Shown: piece by piece, positions 1 through 7,748 of the stretch
How positions within the stretch are numbered: the first letter of the stretch is position 1
Layout of the letters: every line of letters begins with the position of its first letter
Position numbers and translations under genes: made by a program
The notes under the pieces: generated by a model
The model's input: only the letters and a program-made list of their open reading frames with translations
Told to the model about the DNA's origin: nothing
Database searches by the model: none
Source of the DNA: Microcystis aeruginosa NIES-843
Lineage (GTDB): Bacteria; Cyanobacteriota; Cyanobacteriia; Cyanobacteriales; Microcystaceae
DNA: 32,000 nt
Assembly: GCF_000010625.1 (NCBI RefSeq)
Contig: NC_010296.1
Coordinates: forward strand, 5,040,001-5,072,000
Reading direction: 5' to 3'

Positions 1-919
1 CACAAGAATTAAAAATAGCCAGCGTTAAACCCTTCTCGAGCGCGGTTTTCAGTGCCTCTTCTAACTGTGATATCGTCAAACTATTGTGGGTTGAATTCTC
101 ATTAATATATATTCGACCCGTTTGTCCCTGGGTTTGACTGTGACCGGCAAAAAACAGGATATCCCACCCTTCAGGCTGCCATAATTGAGTATTGAACTCC
201 TGGCGTGAGGGGTTGGCCAGGAACTTAACTGACCCATCCTGCAACCGCTGAAGTAAGCGGGTTTCTGTGGCTAAATCAATGCCAGAGCTATTGCCTAAGA
301 CTGCTAAAATCCTGACTTTCTGGTCAGTTTTTGCTGACTTCAGAACATTTCGATAGTGGTACTCTGGTTGACTCAACGCCATTTCCGCTTGGGGATAATC
401 CTCAAAGAAATGCCAGCGATGCCAGGGAAGAGAGCGCAATTCCAGATCGTTAGTTTCAATCATGACTCGGATGGGAGCGGATGAGTCGAGTCGCGATCGC
501 AGTTGCAGTTCAATGGGGAGAAAACCCTCTGATTTCAGCCAAGTATTGATGCTTGCCTGTAGCTGCTGGCACAACTCATCAAAACTGACCTGAGAAATAT
601 TGGTAATGCCTGCTTCACTGATTTCTAGTTCACCAACTTCTACGAGAGAAGCTGAAGATAGATGTCCTGGTTGGGATATTATGGGATGGCGTTGTCCGCC
701 CGTAATGCGTTCAGTTTCGCTGCGCCCAAGGCGATCGCATAGTCCCCGATAAACAAGCTGCCAATTCCGATACAGTTCCCCTAAAGCGGGTGCGGCGGGC
801 AACGTGCCGATAAATTGCTCTGGCCTCGGATTGCCGTCCGTCCATAATTGAACGGTAACTCGCGGAAATCCCTGATACAAATTCCCACTGCCTAGATTAA
901 TAATCACTGACTTGTTCAT
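1..919 (-). CDS. CHAT-domain (caspase-fold) protease, N-terminal ~306 aa; the 3' part runs off the window start
   Basis: Absent from the ORF track because it is open-ended. Manual minus-strand translation from ATG at 919-917 gives MNKSVIINLGSGNLYQGFPRVTVQLW...IRVMIETNDLELRSLPWHRWHFF...GWDILFFAGHSQTQG...GLTLAIFNSC with no stop down to position 1. The LPW(E/H) motif, His in FFAGHS and Cys in IFNSC match the CHAT/caspase catalytic dyad pattern. Confidence 0.75.
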   Translation of the reverse strand, partial: MNKSVIINLGSGNLYQGFPRVTVQLWTDGNPRPEQFIGTLPAAPALGELYRNWQLVYRGLCDRLGRSETERITGGQRHPIISQPGHLSSASLVEVGELEISEAGITNISQVSFDELCQQLQASINTWLKSEGFLPIELQLRSRLDSSAPIRVMIETNDLELRSLPWHRWHFFEDYPQAEMALSQPEYHYRNVLKSAKTDQKVRILAVLGNSSGIDLATETRLLQRLQDGSVKFLANPSRQEFNTQLWQPEGWDILFFAGHSQTQGQTGRIYINENSTHNSLTISQLEEALKTALEKGLTLAIFNSC

Positions 920-1152
920 TTCAGGTAGTAAGGTAAGTTGGCTCTTCGTTACTTGTTATGGTTCGATAGGGGGGCATAAATCGACTAAATCCTTATCTGG
1001 CAAGAGACTTAATTGATTAGTTCGCTCTAGAGCAAAAACAATTGACAAAAATCGCTAAATGCCTTTCTATATAAGGGTTCCATCCCTTATAACCCCCGTC
1101 CATTGCATAACACAAACCGAAGAGCCGGTAAGTTTTGCCATCGGCGCATAAT

Positions 1153-1391
1153 ATAGATGTCAGCCCTTTCATCTTAATACAGGAAAACGGAAGAAAACTG
1201 GAGAATGCTTTAAATTTGGGAAGGGGGGGATGCGATACGCCCTGACAGCAAGGCTTTTCAGCTATCAGGAGAGTAAAGCTTTTCTCAAAATGTATCAGTG
1301 CGATACATCTTGTCCACAAAACCCAAGAGAGCCATCCAGAATTTAGAACCGTAAGTGTATAGGTTGATTTTGCTCACAACTACTAACGAGT
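1153..1391 (+). promoter_or_regulatory. Copy A of a duplicated bipartite intergenic element (module 1 at 1153-1201, module 2 at 1338-1391)
   Basis: About 80-85% identical by eye to 7509-7556 and 7636-7688, in the same order and orientation. It lies between the divergent CHAT (-) and GH104 (+) genes. Module 2 contains GTGTATAGGT and CAACTACTAACG blocks. On the minus strand module 1 reads CCTGTAT(T)AAG, which is -10-like. The repeat itself is solid; its function is inferred. Confidence 0.6.
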
Positions 1392-1520
1392 GTAACGGTT
1401 CGCAGTCGTATGAGGTACATTATCACGGACTACAAACCAGTCTAAGCAAGGCTTTGCCTGTATCTCACTCAATTGCGTATCGCTATAACTGAATCGAGAT
1501 CTAACAAAAGGAGAAATTAC

Positions 1521-2231
1521 ATGGCAGAATTAAGTTTGACCGCCCTTCAAGATACCGTGATCAAGCGATTTACTATCGATAGCACGGATATTGACAATCC
1601 AGGAGAAAAGTTTGATTTAGAAAAAGGCGAAAAAATTGGTATCAACTGGTATCGACCAGCTTCCAAGAATCATTGGGAATTTGAACTCAAATCTCCCCAC
1701 GGAGGCTTTTTCAATTGGTACGTTTTCCAGCCGCACGTTCAGATTAACGATCCCACGCCTGGACATACTGAAGCTTCAGGAAGCAAACAAGTCATGGCTT
1801 TCTTAGATGCCATTGCTTGGCCAGAAGGGACAGATAAGAGCGTTGGAGATGGTGTAAGGACAGGATACAATATCATGTTCACTGGCCAGACATTTTCTAG
1901 TTATGCGGATCATCCCCGTAAGGTTATATGTTCAGGAGGATTATGCTCGACAGCAGCAGGGCGATATCAATTTCTGAACACAACTTGGGATGGAGTTGCC
2001 AAAAAACTAGGCTTGAAAGATTTTTCTCCTAGTAATCAAGACAAAGCCGCCATTCAACTCATTAAACAACGAGGTGCATTAGACGAAATAGAAAAAGGTA
2101 AAATCAGGGCAGCCTGTGACATCCTAAGCTGGGAGTGGGCTTCTTTACCACCAGGTCGTTATGGTCAGCCCACAGTTACCTACGAGAAAATGGAGCAACT
2201 GTTTAAACAGGCGGGGGGAGTACTAGGGTAG
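1521..2231 (+). CDS. GH104 lytic transglycosylase (phage lambda R endolysin-like) with a ~95-aa N-terminal domain of unknown function
   Basis: The C-terminal 150 aa align residue by residue with lambda R as I recall it: AFLDAIAWPEGTD, YADHPRK, STAAGRYQFL, LGLKDFSPSNQD, IKQRGAL, WASLPPGRYGQ, FKQAGG. The catalytic Glu is retained in AWPEGT. I prefer ATG at 1521 (AAGGAG at 1508-1513) over the track's TTG at 1473. No signal peptide is visible. Confidence 0.9.
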   Translation: MAELSLTALQDTVIKRFTIDSTDIDNPGEKFDLEKGEKIGINWYRPASKNHWEFELKSPHGGFFNWYVFQPHVQINDPTPGHTEASGSKQVMAFLDAIAWPEGTDKSVGDGVRTGYNIMFTGQTFSSYADHPRKVICSGGLCSTAAGRYQFLNTTWDGVAKKLGLKDFSPSNQDKAAIQLIKQRGALDEIEKGKIRAACDILSWEWASLPPGRYGQPTVTYEKMEQLFKQAGGVLG

Positions 2232-2453
2232 TAAAACTTAGTGCGATCACCTCTTTCTAAGTGGATTGATACGGCTAATTTAGTGTATTTAATTGGGTGG
2301 GCAATGCCCATCAAATCTCGAACATCTAATACCTCATTTTAGTCGTGTCAATCAACTACAAAATTCTACTTGTGATGATCGAAAAAATTGATCACACGAG
2401 AAACAAGAGGGCAGGGTAAATTTAGTATACTTCCTATTGTCTAAGGCTATTGT

Positions 2454-2786
2454 CTAAGGGGCTGAATGGTATTTTCCCGTAAGCATGATCCGTGATTGGT
2501 GAATCCATCCTATTTGCTCTTTTCCGCAGGCAATAGTTGAATACCAGCCATTTATTGGACTACCTAGCCCATTCACACTATTGGTAAAGTGATACACAGA
2601 AATTGTGACTTTTTTGGTAATGCGACAGATAATTTTTCCATTAGGTTGAGATCGAACATTAGAAGGGATTTTCTGGACTATTGCGTATTCTGCCATGACA
2701 GTTGAAGCAGATAATGGTTGATTGAATGTCAATCCCAGATTCATTAAAGTAAGAAACGTGATTTTCAAAAAGAAGTAAGTATTCAT
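2454..2786 (-). CDS. Small secreted SH3b-like (bacterial SH3) domain protein
   Basis: Hydrophobic N-terminal signal-like segment (FFLKITFLTLMNLGLTF...SAS), followed by NVRSQPNGKIICRITKKVTISVY...NGWYSTIACGKEQIGWIHQSRI, which fits the SH3_3 pattern. Confidence 0.6.
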   Translation of the reverse strand: MNTYFFLKITFLTLMNLGLTFNQPLSASTVMAEYAIVQKIPSNVRSQPNGKIICRITKKVTISVYHFTNSVNGLGSPINGWYSTIACGKEQIGWIHQSRIMLTGKYHSAP

Positions 2787-2922
2787 GAGGTGTTGTCGAG
2801 TAAAGATTAATTATAACTTGAGCGTTGTTCAGTTACGATCAAAAGCCCAAACTGGCTCATAGCGGAAACAGCGAGCATGGCCAATAAACACCATACAGCT
2901 TACCTCAAGATGTCGGGAGAGC

Positions 2923-3090
2923 CAGTCACTGAGATCGCCGATCTGGTAGGTTGGGTTGACGTGAGGAAACCCAACAACCAATCAAAAGTTATCTTGTAGT
3001 ATCAAAGATACTAATCTTGATCGATAAAGTTACTGAACATCAGTGAGATCGCCGCTCTTGTAGGGTGCATTAACGAAGTGTAATGTGCCT
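2923..3090. repeat. Two copies of a short dispersed cyanobacterial repeat, each ending in a hairpin
   Basis: CACTGAGATCGCCGATCTGGTAGG (2927-2950) matches CAGTGAGATCGCCGCTCTTGTAGG (3041-3064) at about 21/24 positions. The first copy is followed by the hairpin GGTTGGGTT-N-AACCCAAC and the second by GTGCATTAAC-N-GTAATGTGC. Confidence 0.6.
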
Positions 3091-3248
3091 TAATTTATGG
3101 CAGAAACCCGTCATCTTCTGTAAAATAAATTGAAGATAGGATTTTTCTTCGCCTATCATAAATCCATCCCCTAAAATAACCATAAGGAGACCACATCACT
3201 CAATCTAAACTACTTACAGGAGAAGGAAAAGTCGGGACATACGGCGAC

Positions 3249-3602
3249 TTGTTAAAATTGGGTCGTAGAGGAGATAACTTAACACCTCATCATGTACCAT
3301 CCAACGCTTACATGAAAGCTAAAATCAAAGATTACACAACTAATCAAGGAATAGCTATCATGATGGAACATTTATCCCCCGGAAAAGGAGGTCATCATCG
3401 TCACACCTTATCTTATGGTAAAAGTCCAGACTTAACCCTTTCCCCTCGACAAACCTTAGCGCAAGAAGTTTGGGATATTCGCTCTATTTATCTGCGTCAA
3501 AGATTATATGATACAGATATTAGAAAGCGTCTGCAAGAACTCATTAAACTTAATAAAACAACTTGGTTAACCTTTTTTGATAAAGGAGTTATAAACCCAT
3601 GA
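3249..3602 (+). CDS. Orphan polymorphic-toxin-like C-terminal module (HH-motif, possibly HNH/EndoVII-fold); probably a displaced toxin tip without its own ATG
   Basis: The frame is open from 3186 (GDHITQSKLLTGEGKVGTYGDLLKLGRRGDNLTPHHVPSN...) with no ATG; only TTG at 3249 is available. It has PHHVPS and GGHHRHT His clusters. The segment is AT-rich, and there is a 4-nt ATGA overlap with the next ORF. Family assignment is uncertain. Confidence 0.4.
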   Translation: MLKLGRRGDNLTPHHVPSNAYMKAKIKDYTTNQGIAIMMEHLSPGKGGHHRHTLSYGKSPDLTLSPRQTLAQEVWDIRSIYLRQRLYDTDIRKRLQELIKLNKTTWLTFFDKGVINP

Positions 3603-4027
3603 ATTTACTAAAAATCTTACAAGAAAATCGTTTACTGAAAACACCTCAAGAAATCAAGTTATTTGAGGAAACTTTAGAAAAAATTGCTAAATATCCTAAG
3701 GATGACAATCTAAAGGAATTACATCTTATCTTAGATGATAATTGTGAACATCCTGAAATTATGTTTAGTTTAGTTCATTTTTTAGAAGATTTTGATCTAC
3801 AAAAACAAATACCAGCTTTTATTGAAGTGATTCCTCAATTAATGATCGCTGCACCAGAATGGACAAAAATCATTCACTATCGCATCATGAATGATGAATC
3901 TGCTTGTAAACTTTATCACAATACTCTGGAATTAGCCAATCAAAAGACCCCTCATTTCTTATATCAACTTTTACTAGAAAGTGTTAAAAATCATCTCAAT
4001 TCACCTTCGTACCAAATACGCTTTTAA
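3599..4027 (+). CDS. Putative cognate immunity protein (small, acidic, helical)
   Basis: Its start overlaps the upstream stop (ATGA at 3599-3602). It is 142 aa with no signal peptide or TM segment and shares the AT-rich composition of its partner. This architecture is typical of toxin/immunity cassettes. I do not recognise a family with confidence. Confidence 0.4.
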   Translation: MNLLKILQENRLLKTPQEIKLFEETLEKIAKYPKDDNLKELHLILDDNCEHPEIMFSLVHFLEDFDLQKQIPAFIEVIPQLMIAAPEWTKIIHYRIMNDESACKLYHNTLELANQKTPHFLYQLLLESVKNHLNSPSYQIRF

Positions 4028-4043
4028 AAGTAGAGTAACCCTA

Positions 4044-4113
4044 TACCTCTGTTGCCTGTTTCCTGTTGCTTTTGCCTGTCTCCATGAGTAGCCTATGATA
4101 AACGGATTTAGTA
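4044..4113 (-). repeat. Solo terminal-inverted-repeat-like remnant related to the IS5-type element at 13600-14635
   Basis: The reverse complement reads ACTAAATCCGTTTATCATAGGCTACTCATGGAGACAGGCAAAAGCAACAGG. The IS left end reads CTAAATCCGTTGAGTATAGGCTAGTTATGAGGAGAGGCAAAAGGCAAGAGG. The remnant abuts the vapC stop codon. Confidence 0.55.
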
Positions 4114-4545
4114 TCATTGGGGTACCTGTACTTTATAAGCAATCTCAGAACCCAGCCTTGTAAAATGCTTTGGGTTGAGGGTTAACAGAACATCAGCCTG
4201 AGATTTGAGGACTGCTTGGGCGATAAGGGCATCAAAGATACCACCGCCAGGAAGCTGACGTTGCACCATTAGGTCAATAGCTGCCGTGTAATCTTCAGCA
4301 GTCAGCGAAACAGTATCGAAGGTCTGTAGGTTATCGCGGATCAAGTTTTGGGCGACGGCAGGGGAGATTTTGGTTTTGGGAATGCGCGTTAGAACAGAAT
4401 AGAGTTCTGCTAGGGTATGCGTGGCAATAAGTCCCTGAATTTGCTGGGATTGGGCTTGAAGGAGAAAGGGCAAGCAGGCCGAATGATGAGTGTGTCCAGT
4501 CAATAGGGCAGCGATGAGAGCAGAGGTATCAAAGAGACATTTCAT
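4114..4545 (-). CDS. vapC: PIN-domain ribonuclease toxin, VapC family
   Basis: MKCLFDTSALIAAL (N-terminal Asp), TLAELYSVL (Glu), GIFDALIAQA (Asp) and LTLNPKHF match the PIN acidic signature. It overlaps the upstream antitoxin gene by 4 nt. Confidence 0.85.
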   Translation of the reverse strand: MKCLFDTSALIAALLTGHTHHSACLPFLLQAQSQQIQGLIATHTLAELYSVLTRIPKTKISPAVAQNLIRDNLQTFDTVSLTAEDYTAAIDLMVQRQLPGGGIFDALIAQAVLKSQADVLLTLNPKHFTRLGSEIAYKVQVPQ

Positions 4546-4799
4546 GCAGGCAATTGGCTTTGAATGCGTTCCTCGCGGAGGTCATCAATAAGGGTATCGA
4601 GATGGCCGAGGGGTGGGGTTTCTAGCACTAAGGCACTGCCTTGACGTTGGACTTTAGCTTCTTGCTCCAAGGGTTGTAGGATGATGCAGCCTTGTCTAAC
4701 CTCAAGATTGAGGGATTGGGCTGTGGTGATGCCGAGTTGTTGACGGATTTCTAGAGGAATTTCTAGTTTTCCGCTGTCATCGATCGCAATTGCCGTCAT
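4542..4799 (-). CDS. vapB: AbrB/SpoVT/MazE-fold antitoxin, VapB type
   Basis: GKLEIPLEIRQQLGITTAQSLNLEVRQGCIILQP is a swapped-hairpin AbrB-like motif. The protein is 85 aa and sits immediately upstream of, and overlapping, the PIN gene. Confidence 0.8.
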   Translation of the reverse strand: MTAIAIDDSGKLEIPLEIRQQLGITTAQSLNLEVRQGCIILQPLEQEAKVQRQGSALVLETPPLGHLDTLIDDLREERIQSQLPA

Positions 4800-4811
4800 G
4801 GAACGCTCCTA

Positions 4812-4861
4812 GGGATAGAACGAAAGTTTGGCTCTTTCAATAACGCTATAAATTCTATCCC
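4812..4861. promoter_or_regulatory. Inverted repeat in the vapBC upstream region (possible VapB operator)
   Basis: GGGATAGAA (4812-4820) and TTCTATCCC (4853-4861) are perfect 9-bp arms, starting 13 nt upstream of the vapB start. The function is inferred from the known autoregulation of vapBC loci. Confidence 0.3.
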
Positions 4862-4910
4862 CTGTAAGGTAGTTTTGCCTGTGTAGAAAACGCCCATGAT
4901 ACCCCAACGC

Positions 4911-5987
4911 CTAGAGTTCAAAATTCTCGCAGAGGCAGGTGTCACCGAGACTAACCACAATACTAAAGGGGATACCAGAGCGCCCTTTAAAAGATTTAAG
5001 CTGAATATAGTTATCTTGCGTTCTGGAGCCCACTTCTTGAAGCTTTTTGCCTGCCTGAGAAAGCAACGTTAAGGCGATCTGGGGTGGCAGATATCGCTCC
5101 TCACCCGCCGGATGTAACTGAACCAGCACAGATAGCTGATTATCGGCTTCTTCTGTAACATTCACCAACAAGACCACTCTCTGTCCTTGCAACTCCATCC
5201 CCAAGTCAATAAGCTTCCCGCGTTTTGCACCCTCTCTCTGATTCCGAGGACTCCAAGCAAGATGAACTTCTGGACTAAACAGATCGTCGATCGCTTGCCA
5301 TCCTGCTGCAAAGACCCCCTGTATCCACTGTCCTAACTGGATAGGAGTTTCTTGAGAAGCCGTTAATGTGGTTTCAGAGATTGCTTCAGGCGTTGCGGTA
5401 TGCTCCGTTGAAATGACGGGCAATAGTATTGAGGCAGGTTCTAGAAAATCACAGTAGAACAATAAATGATTGGGTTCAGGATCGAAAACAGATAGGGGAA
5501 TTTGATAATAATCGTTTTGTAAACCATCACTGACCCGATGGCAATAATTCATGAGTCGGTCAGATCGCAAAAAGCCTCGAATCATCACTCGCTGCTGCTC
5601 TTCACAGACCTCAAGCAGGACATAGAAATGAGCGACAAGAGCCGGCTGTTCGATCGCTTCTCTGGGAATTTCCACTACTTCATCTAGAACCTGCTCTTTG
5701 ACAATTAAATTTAGCTTAAATTCATCAATTTTAAGGTTGTAAACAGCACCAATATGATTGATACATTGAGTTCGATCGAGGCAGTGTGATGGAGCGCGTT
5801 TCTCTAGCCATTGCTCAAAACCCAATAGTGCCAGGGCATTCAGATAGAGTTGCCACTGACCCGCTTCATCGACTGAGGGACTGGCCAGGGGATTGACTAG
5901 CGCCTGCTCAAACTGTTCTGGTTCAAGCCTTATGGCTTCAGGTCGGCTAAGATTTAAATCTGGTGGGATCGCTCTTAAGCTAAACAT
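4911..5987 (-). CDS. DUF1822-family protein (cyanobacteria-restricted, function unknown)
   Basis: WQLYLNALALLGFEQWLEKR and the overall ~360-aa layout match my recollection of DUF1822. The likely start is ATG at 5987-5985, forming a TAATG overlap with the stop of the upstream sigma-like gene. The track's longer ORF to 6035 starts inside that gene. Confidence 0.65.
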   Translation of the reverse strand: MFSLRAIPPDLNLSRPEAIRLEPEQFEQALVNPLASPSVDEAGQWQLYLNALALLGFEQWLEKRAPSHCLDRTQCINHIGAVYNLKIDEFKLNLIVKEQVLDEVVEIPREAIEQPALVAHFYVLLEVCEEQQRVMIRGFLRSDRLMNYCHRVSDGLQNDYYQIPLSVFDPEPNHLLFYCDFLEPASILLPVISTEHTATPEAISETTLTASQETPIQLGQWIQGVFAAGWQAIDDLFSPEVHLAWSPRNQREGAKRGKLIDLGMELQGQRVVLLVNVTEEADNQLSVLVQLHPAGEERYLPPQIALTLLSQAGKKLQEVGSRTQDNYIQLKSFKGRSGIPFSIVVSLGDTCLCENFEL

Positions 5988-7459
5988 TACGAAACTCCTT
6001 GTGTAACCTTTGTACACTCTTCTAAGTAAAAGCAAAGCTGTTGAGCATATACACTTTTCATCAGACGATTCTTTCCCGCTTGAATTTCTTCAAACGCTTC
6101 CTGAAATATTTCTGCATCTGCCAGCGCCTCGATTTGCTTGGCTAAATTTTCTAAATAATCGGGTTGAGGAGGAAGAGCAGTCAGTCCTTTCTCTTCAGCT
6201 TTCTTCAGCATTTGGTCAAGCACTTGTCGAATTGTCAATGTCCGAACAGTGTTAATTAACTCTCCCGGATTCAACACCCGTCTTGCTTGCGCCCAACCAG
6301 ACATTTTTAATAAATCAGCAATCTCTTTCAGTGCGATGCCCTGAGAATAATAGAGGTGTAATCCTGGAATAAATCGATCGGCGAAAGCGGCATACCCTTT
6401 GCTTTTTTTTAAATAAGTAATGCGATCGCTAATTGCCTGCTTAATGGAATGAACTAAGGCAAGTTGAAGCTGTTTGTGGAAGAATTCCAACATTTCTTGT
6501 TGCTCTTGCTGCTCCACATTATATTCACTGGCAATATCCTGCGGCAGCTCTGAGCGAATCAGGCGATCGCCTGTCTCTGGATCTTCAACTTCTAACGGTT
6601 CTCGATGGCTCCAAAGGTCAAATTGTCTAAGTTGTAGTGCCACTCTTCGCAGTTCTGTGATCAATTGGTTGGGCTGAATTGTGATATTTCGTGCTTTTAA
6701 ATAAGTCACCATCTCTTGAAGTTGCCCGGTTGTGGGATCTAGACAGCGTTTCGTACCCTGGTGTTGCTGATGCCTGTCTCGACGATAGACAGCGTGGAAG
6801 GCGGCAATTAAGTGGCGATCGCGTTCTGCCAGTTGTTGCAATTGTTTCGAGCGAGTGCGATTGAGTAGAGCCCAGTCGCTCAATTGTTTGAAGCCAAACT
6901 CGGATAAAAAATTCTTTAATTCTGGATTTTGTTTGGTTTGTAAATAAGTCCAGTTATCTAAGCTCATACTGGATTGAGCGTTGGGCTTAAAGGTTCGCAG
7001 AATTTGCAGTGAGAAACATTGATAAGCCGTTGTTTGAGGCTTGCCAGTGGGGTCTAAGGTGAGATAGGTTTTGCCATCTGAGTCTAAAACCATCAGCGTT
7101 TTCCCGTCGTCATTGAGGACAAACGGCAGCAAATCTCGGTAAGTAAAGGAGCGATCGTCTCCGAACAAATGATCGATTTTGCGGCAGGCGTTGAGAATCG
7201 GCTCAGAAACGTAACACCGCAGGCATAGTCCTGCGTGCGCTCTTTCTGTGGTATCAACTGCTGGAGCTTGAAAGCGGGATAGCAAATCAGTCTGGAGATT
7301 TCTCTGTTGGGAGCGATCGCCCCTATCCTCCTCTGCCTCACTTAACCCTTGGCTTTGAAAAAAATCATTTGCCAACGGGAGGAAACAACGCTTGTATCCA
7401 GTGCGATCGCTGGCAGGGTCAATGCGCCAAAGGTTGCAGTATCTTGATGCAGCACTCAT
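5987..7459 (-). CDS. Atypical long (490 aa) sigma-70-family-like protein
   Basis: It has a C-terminal region-4-like HTH (GLHLYYSQGIALKEIADLLKMSGWAQARRVLNPGEL) and an N-terminal stretch that could be a degenerate region 2 (CLRCYVSEPILNACRKIDHLF...FTYRDLLPFVL). It is coupled to a DUF1822 gene, a pairing I recall from cyanobacterial annotations. This was not verified by profile search. Confidence 0.55.
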   Translation of the reverse strand: MSAASRYCNLWRIDPASDRTGYKRCFLPLANDFFQSQGLSEAEEDRGDRSQQRNLQTDLLSRFQAPAVDTTERAHAGLCLRCYVSEPILNACRKIDHLFGDDRSFTYRDLLPFVLNDDGKTLMVLDSDGKTYLTLDPTGKPQTTAYQCFSLQILRTFKPNAQSSMSLDNWTYLQTKQNPELKNFLSEFGFKQLSDWALLNRTRSKQLQQLAERDRHLIAAFHAVYRRDRHQQHQGTKRCLDPTTGQLQEMVTYLKARNITIQPNQLITELRRVALQLRQFDLWSHREPLEVEDPETGDRLIRSELPQDIASEYNVEQQEQQEMLEFFHKQLQLALVHSIKQAISDRITYLKKSKGYAAFADRFIPGLHLYYSQGIALKEIADLLKMSGWAQARRVLNPGELINTVRTLTIRQVLDQMLKKAEEKGLTALPPQPDYLENLAKQIEALADAEIFQEAFEEIQAGKNRLMKSVYAQQLCFYLEECTKVTQGVS

Positions 7460-7508
7460 ACTACGCTCTCCCGAAGTTTGTTGAGCTTGCGATTAGCTCA
7501 CCTGATCA

Positions 7509-7688
7509 ATAGATGTCAGCCATTTTAGCTTATACAGGAAATCGGAAAAAAACCGGGGAGATTTAGATTTAGACAAGATGGCTCAGTTCCAGATTTTCCA
7601 GAACTGATCATCCCTTGCCAGACCTAAGAATTTCTAGAATTTAACCTTCAAGTGTATAGGTCGGTTTAGCTAACAACTACTAACGGGT
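7509..7688 (+). promoter_or_regulatory. Copy B of the duplicated bipartite intergenic element (module 1 at 7509-7556, module 2 at 7636-7688)
   Basis: See copy A. It lies between the divergent sigma-like/DUF1822 operon (-, ATG at 7459) and the secretin-like gene (+, ATG at 7749). Confidence 0.6.
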
Positions 7689-7748
7689 AGAAGGAAAGCA
7701 AATGAGCTTAACTTCCCAAACAAACTCAATTTTTTACAGGAGAAAATC

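Noticed and set aside
1017-1319. 100-aa minus-strand ORF in the CHAT/GH104 intergenic region
   Set aside because: It overlaps module 1 of the duplicated noncoding element. The B copy of that element (7509-7556) carries no equivalent ORF. No RBS is visible and the Cys/Phe-rich composition is odd. It is most likely spurious.
1473-1520. TTG-initiated 5' extension of the GH104 ORF
   Set aside because: ATG at 1521 is preceded by AAGGAG at optimal spacing. The extension (MRIAITESRSNKRRNY) looks like translated leader sequence.
1521-2231. Lambda R-like lysozyme as a marker of a prophage
   Set aside because: No capsid, tail, terminase, portal, integrase, holin or spanin candidates lie within the flanking 10 kb. 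The neighbours are CHAT, SH3b and TA genes.
2877-2999. About 40-aa ORF (MANKHHTAYLKMSGEPVTEIADLVGWVDVRKPNNQSKVIL)
   Set aside because: Its C-terminal half is simply the translation of a dispersed hairpin repeat. A second repeat copy at 3041-3090 gives a similar peptide (ISEIAALVGCINEV). It is a repeat artefact rather than a gene.
5988-6035. 5' extension of the DUF1822 ORF into the sigma-like gene
   Set aside because: An internal ATG at 5987-5985 gives a classic TAATG stop/start overlap, and the extension would overlap 48 nt of the upstream CDS.
6010-7341. Three ORFs (6010-6255 +, 6474-6677 +, 7093-7341 -) within or antisense to the sigma-like gene
   Set aside because: They lie fully inside a longer ORF with recognisable motifs and have low-complexity, Ser/Cys-rich translations.
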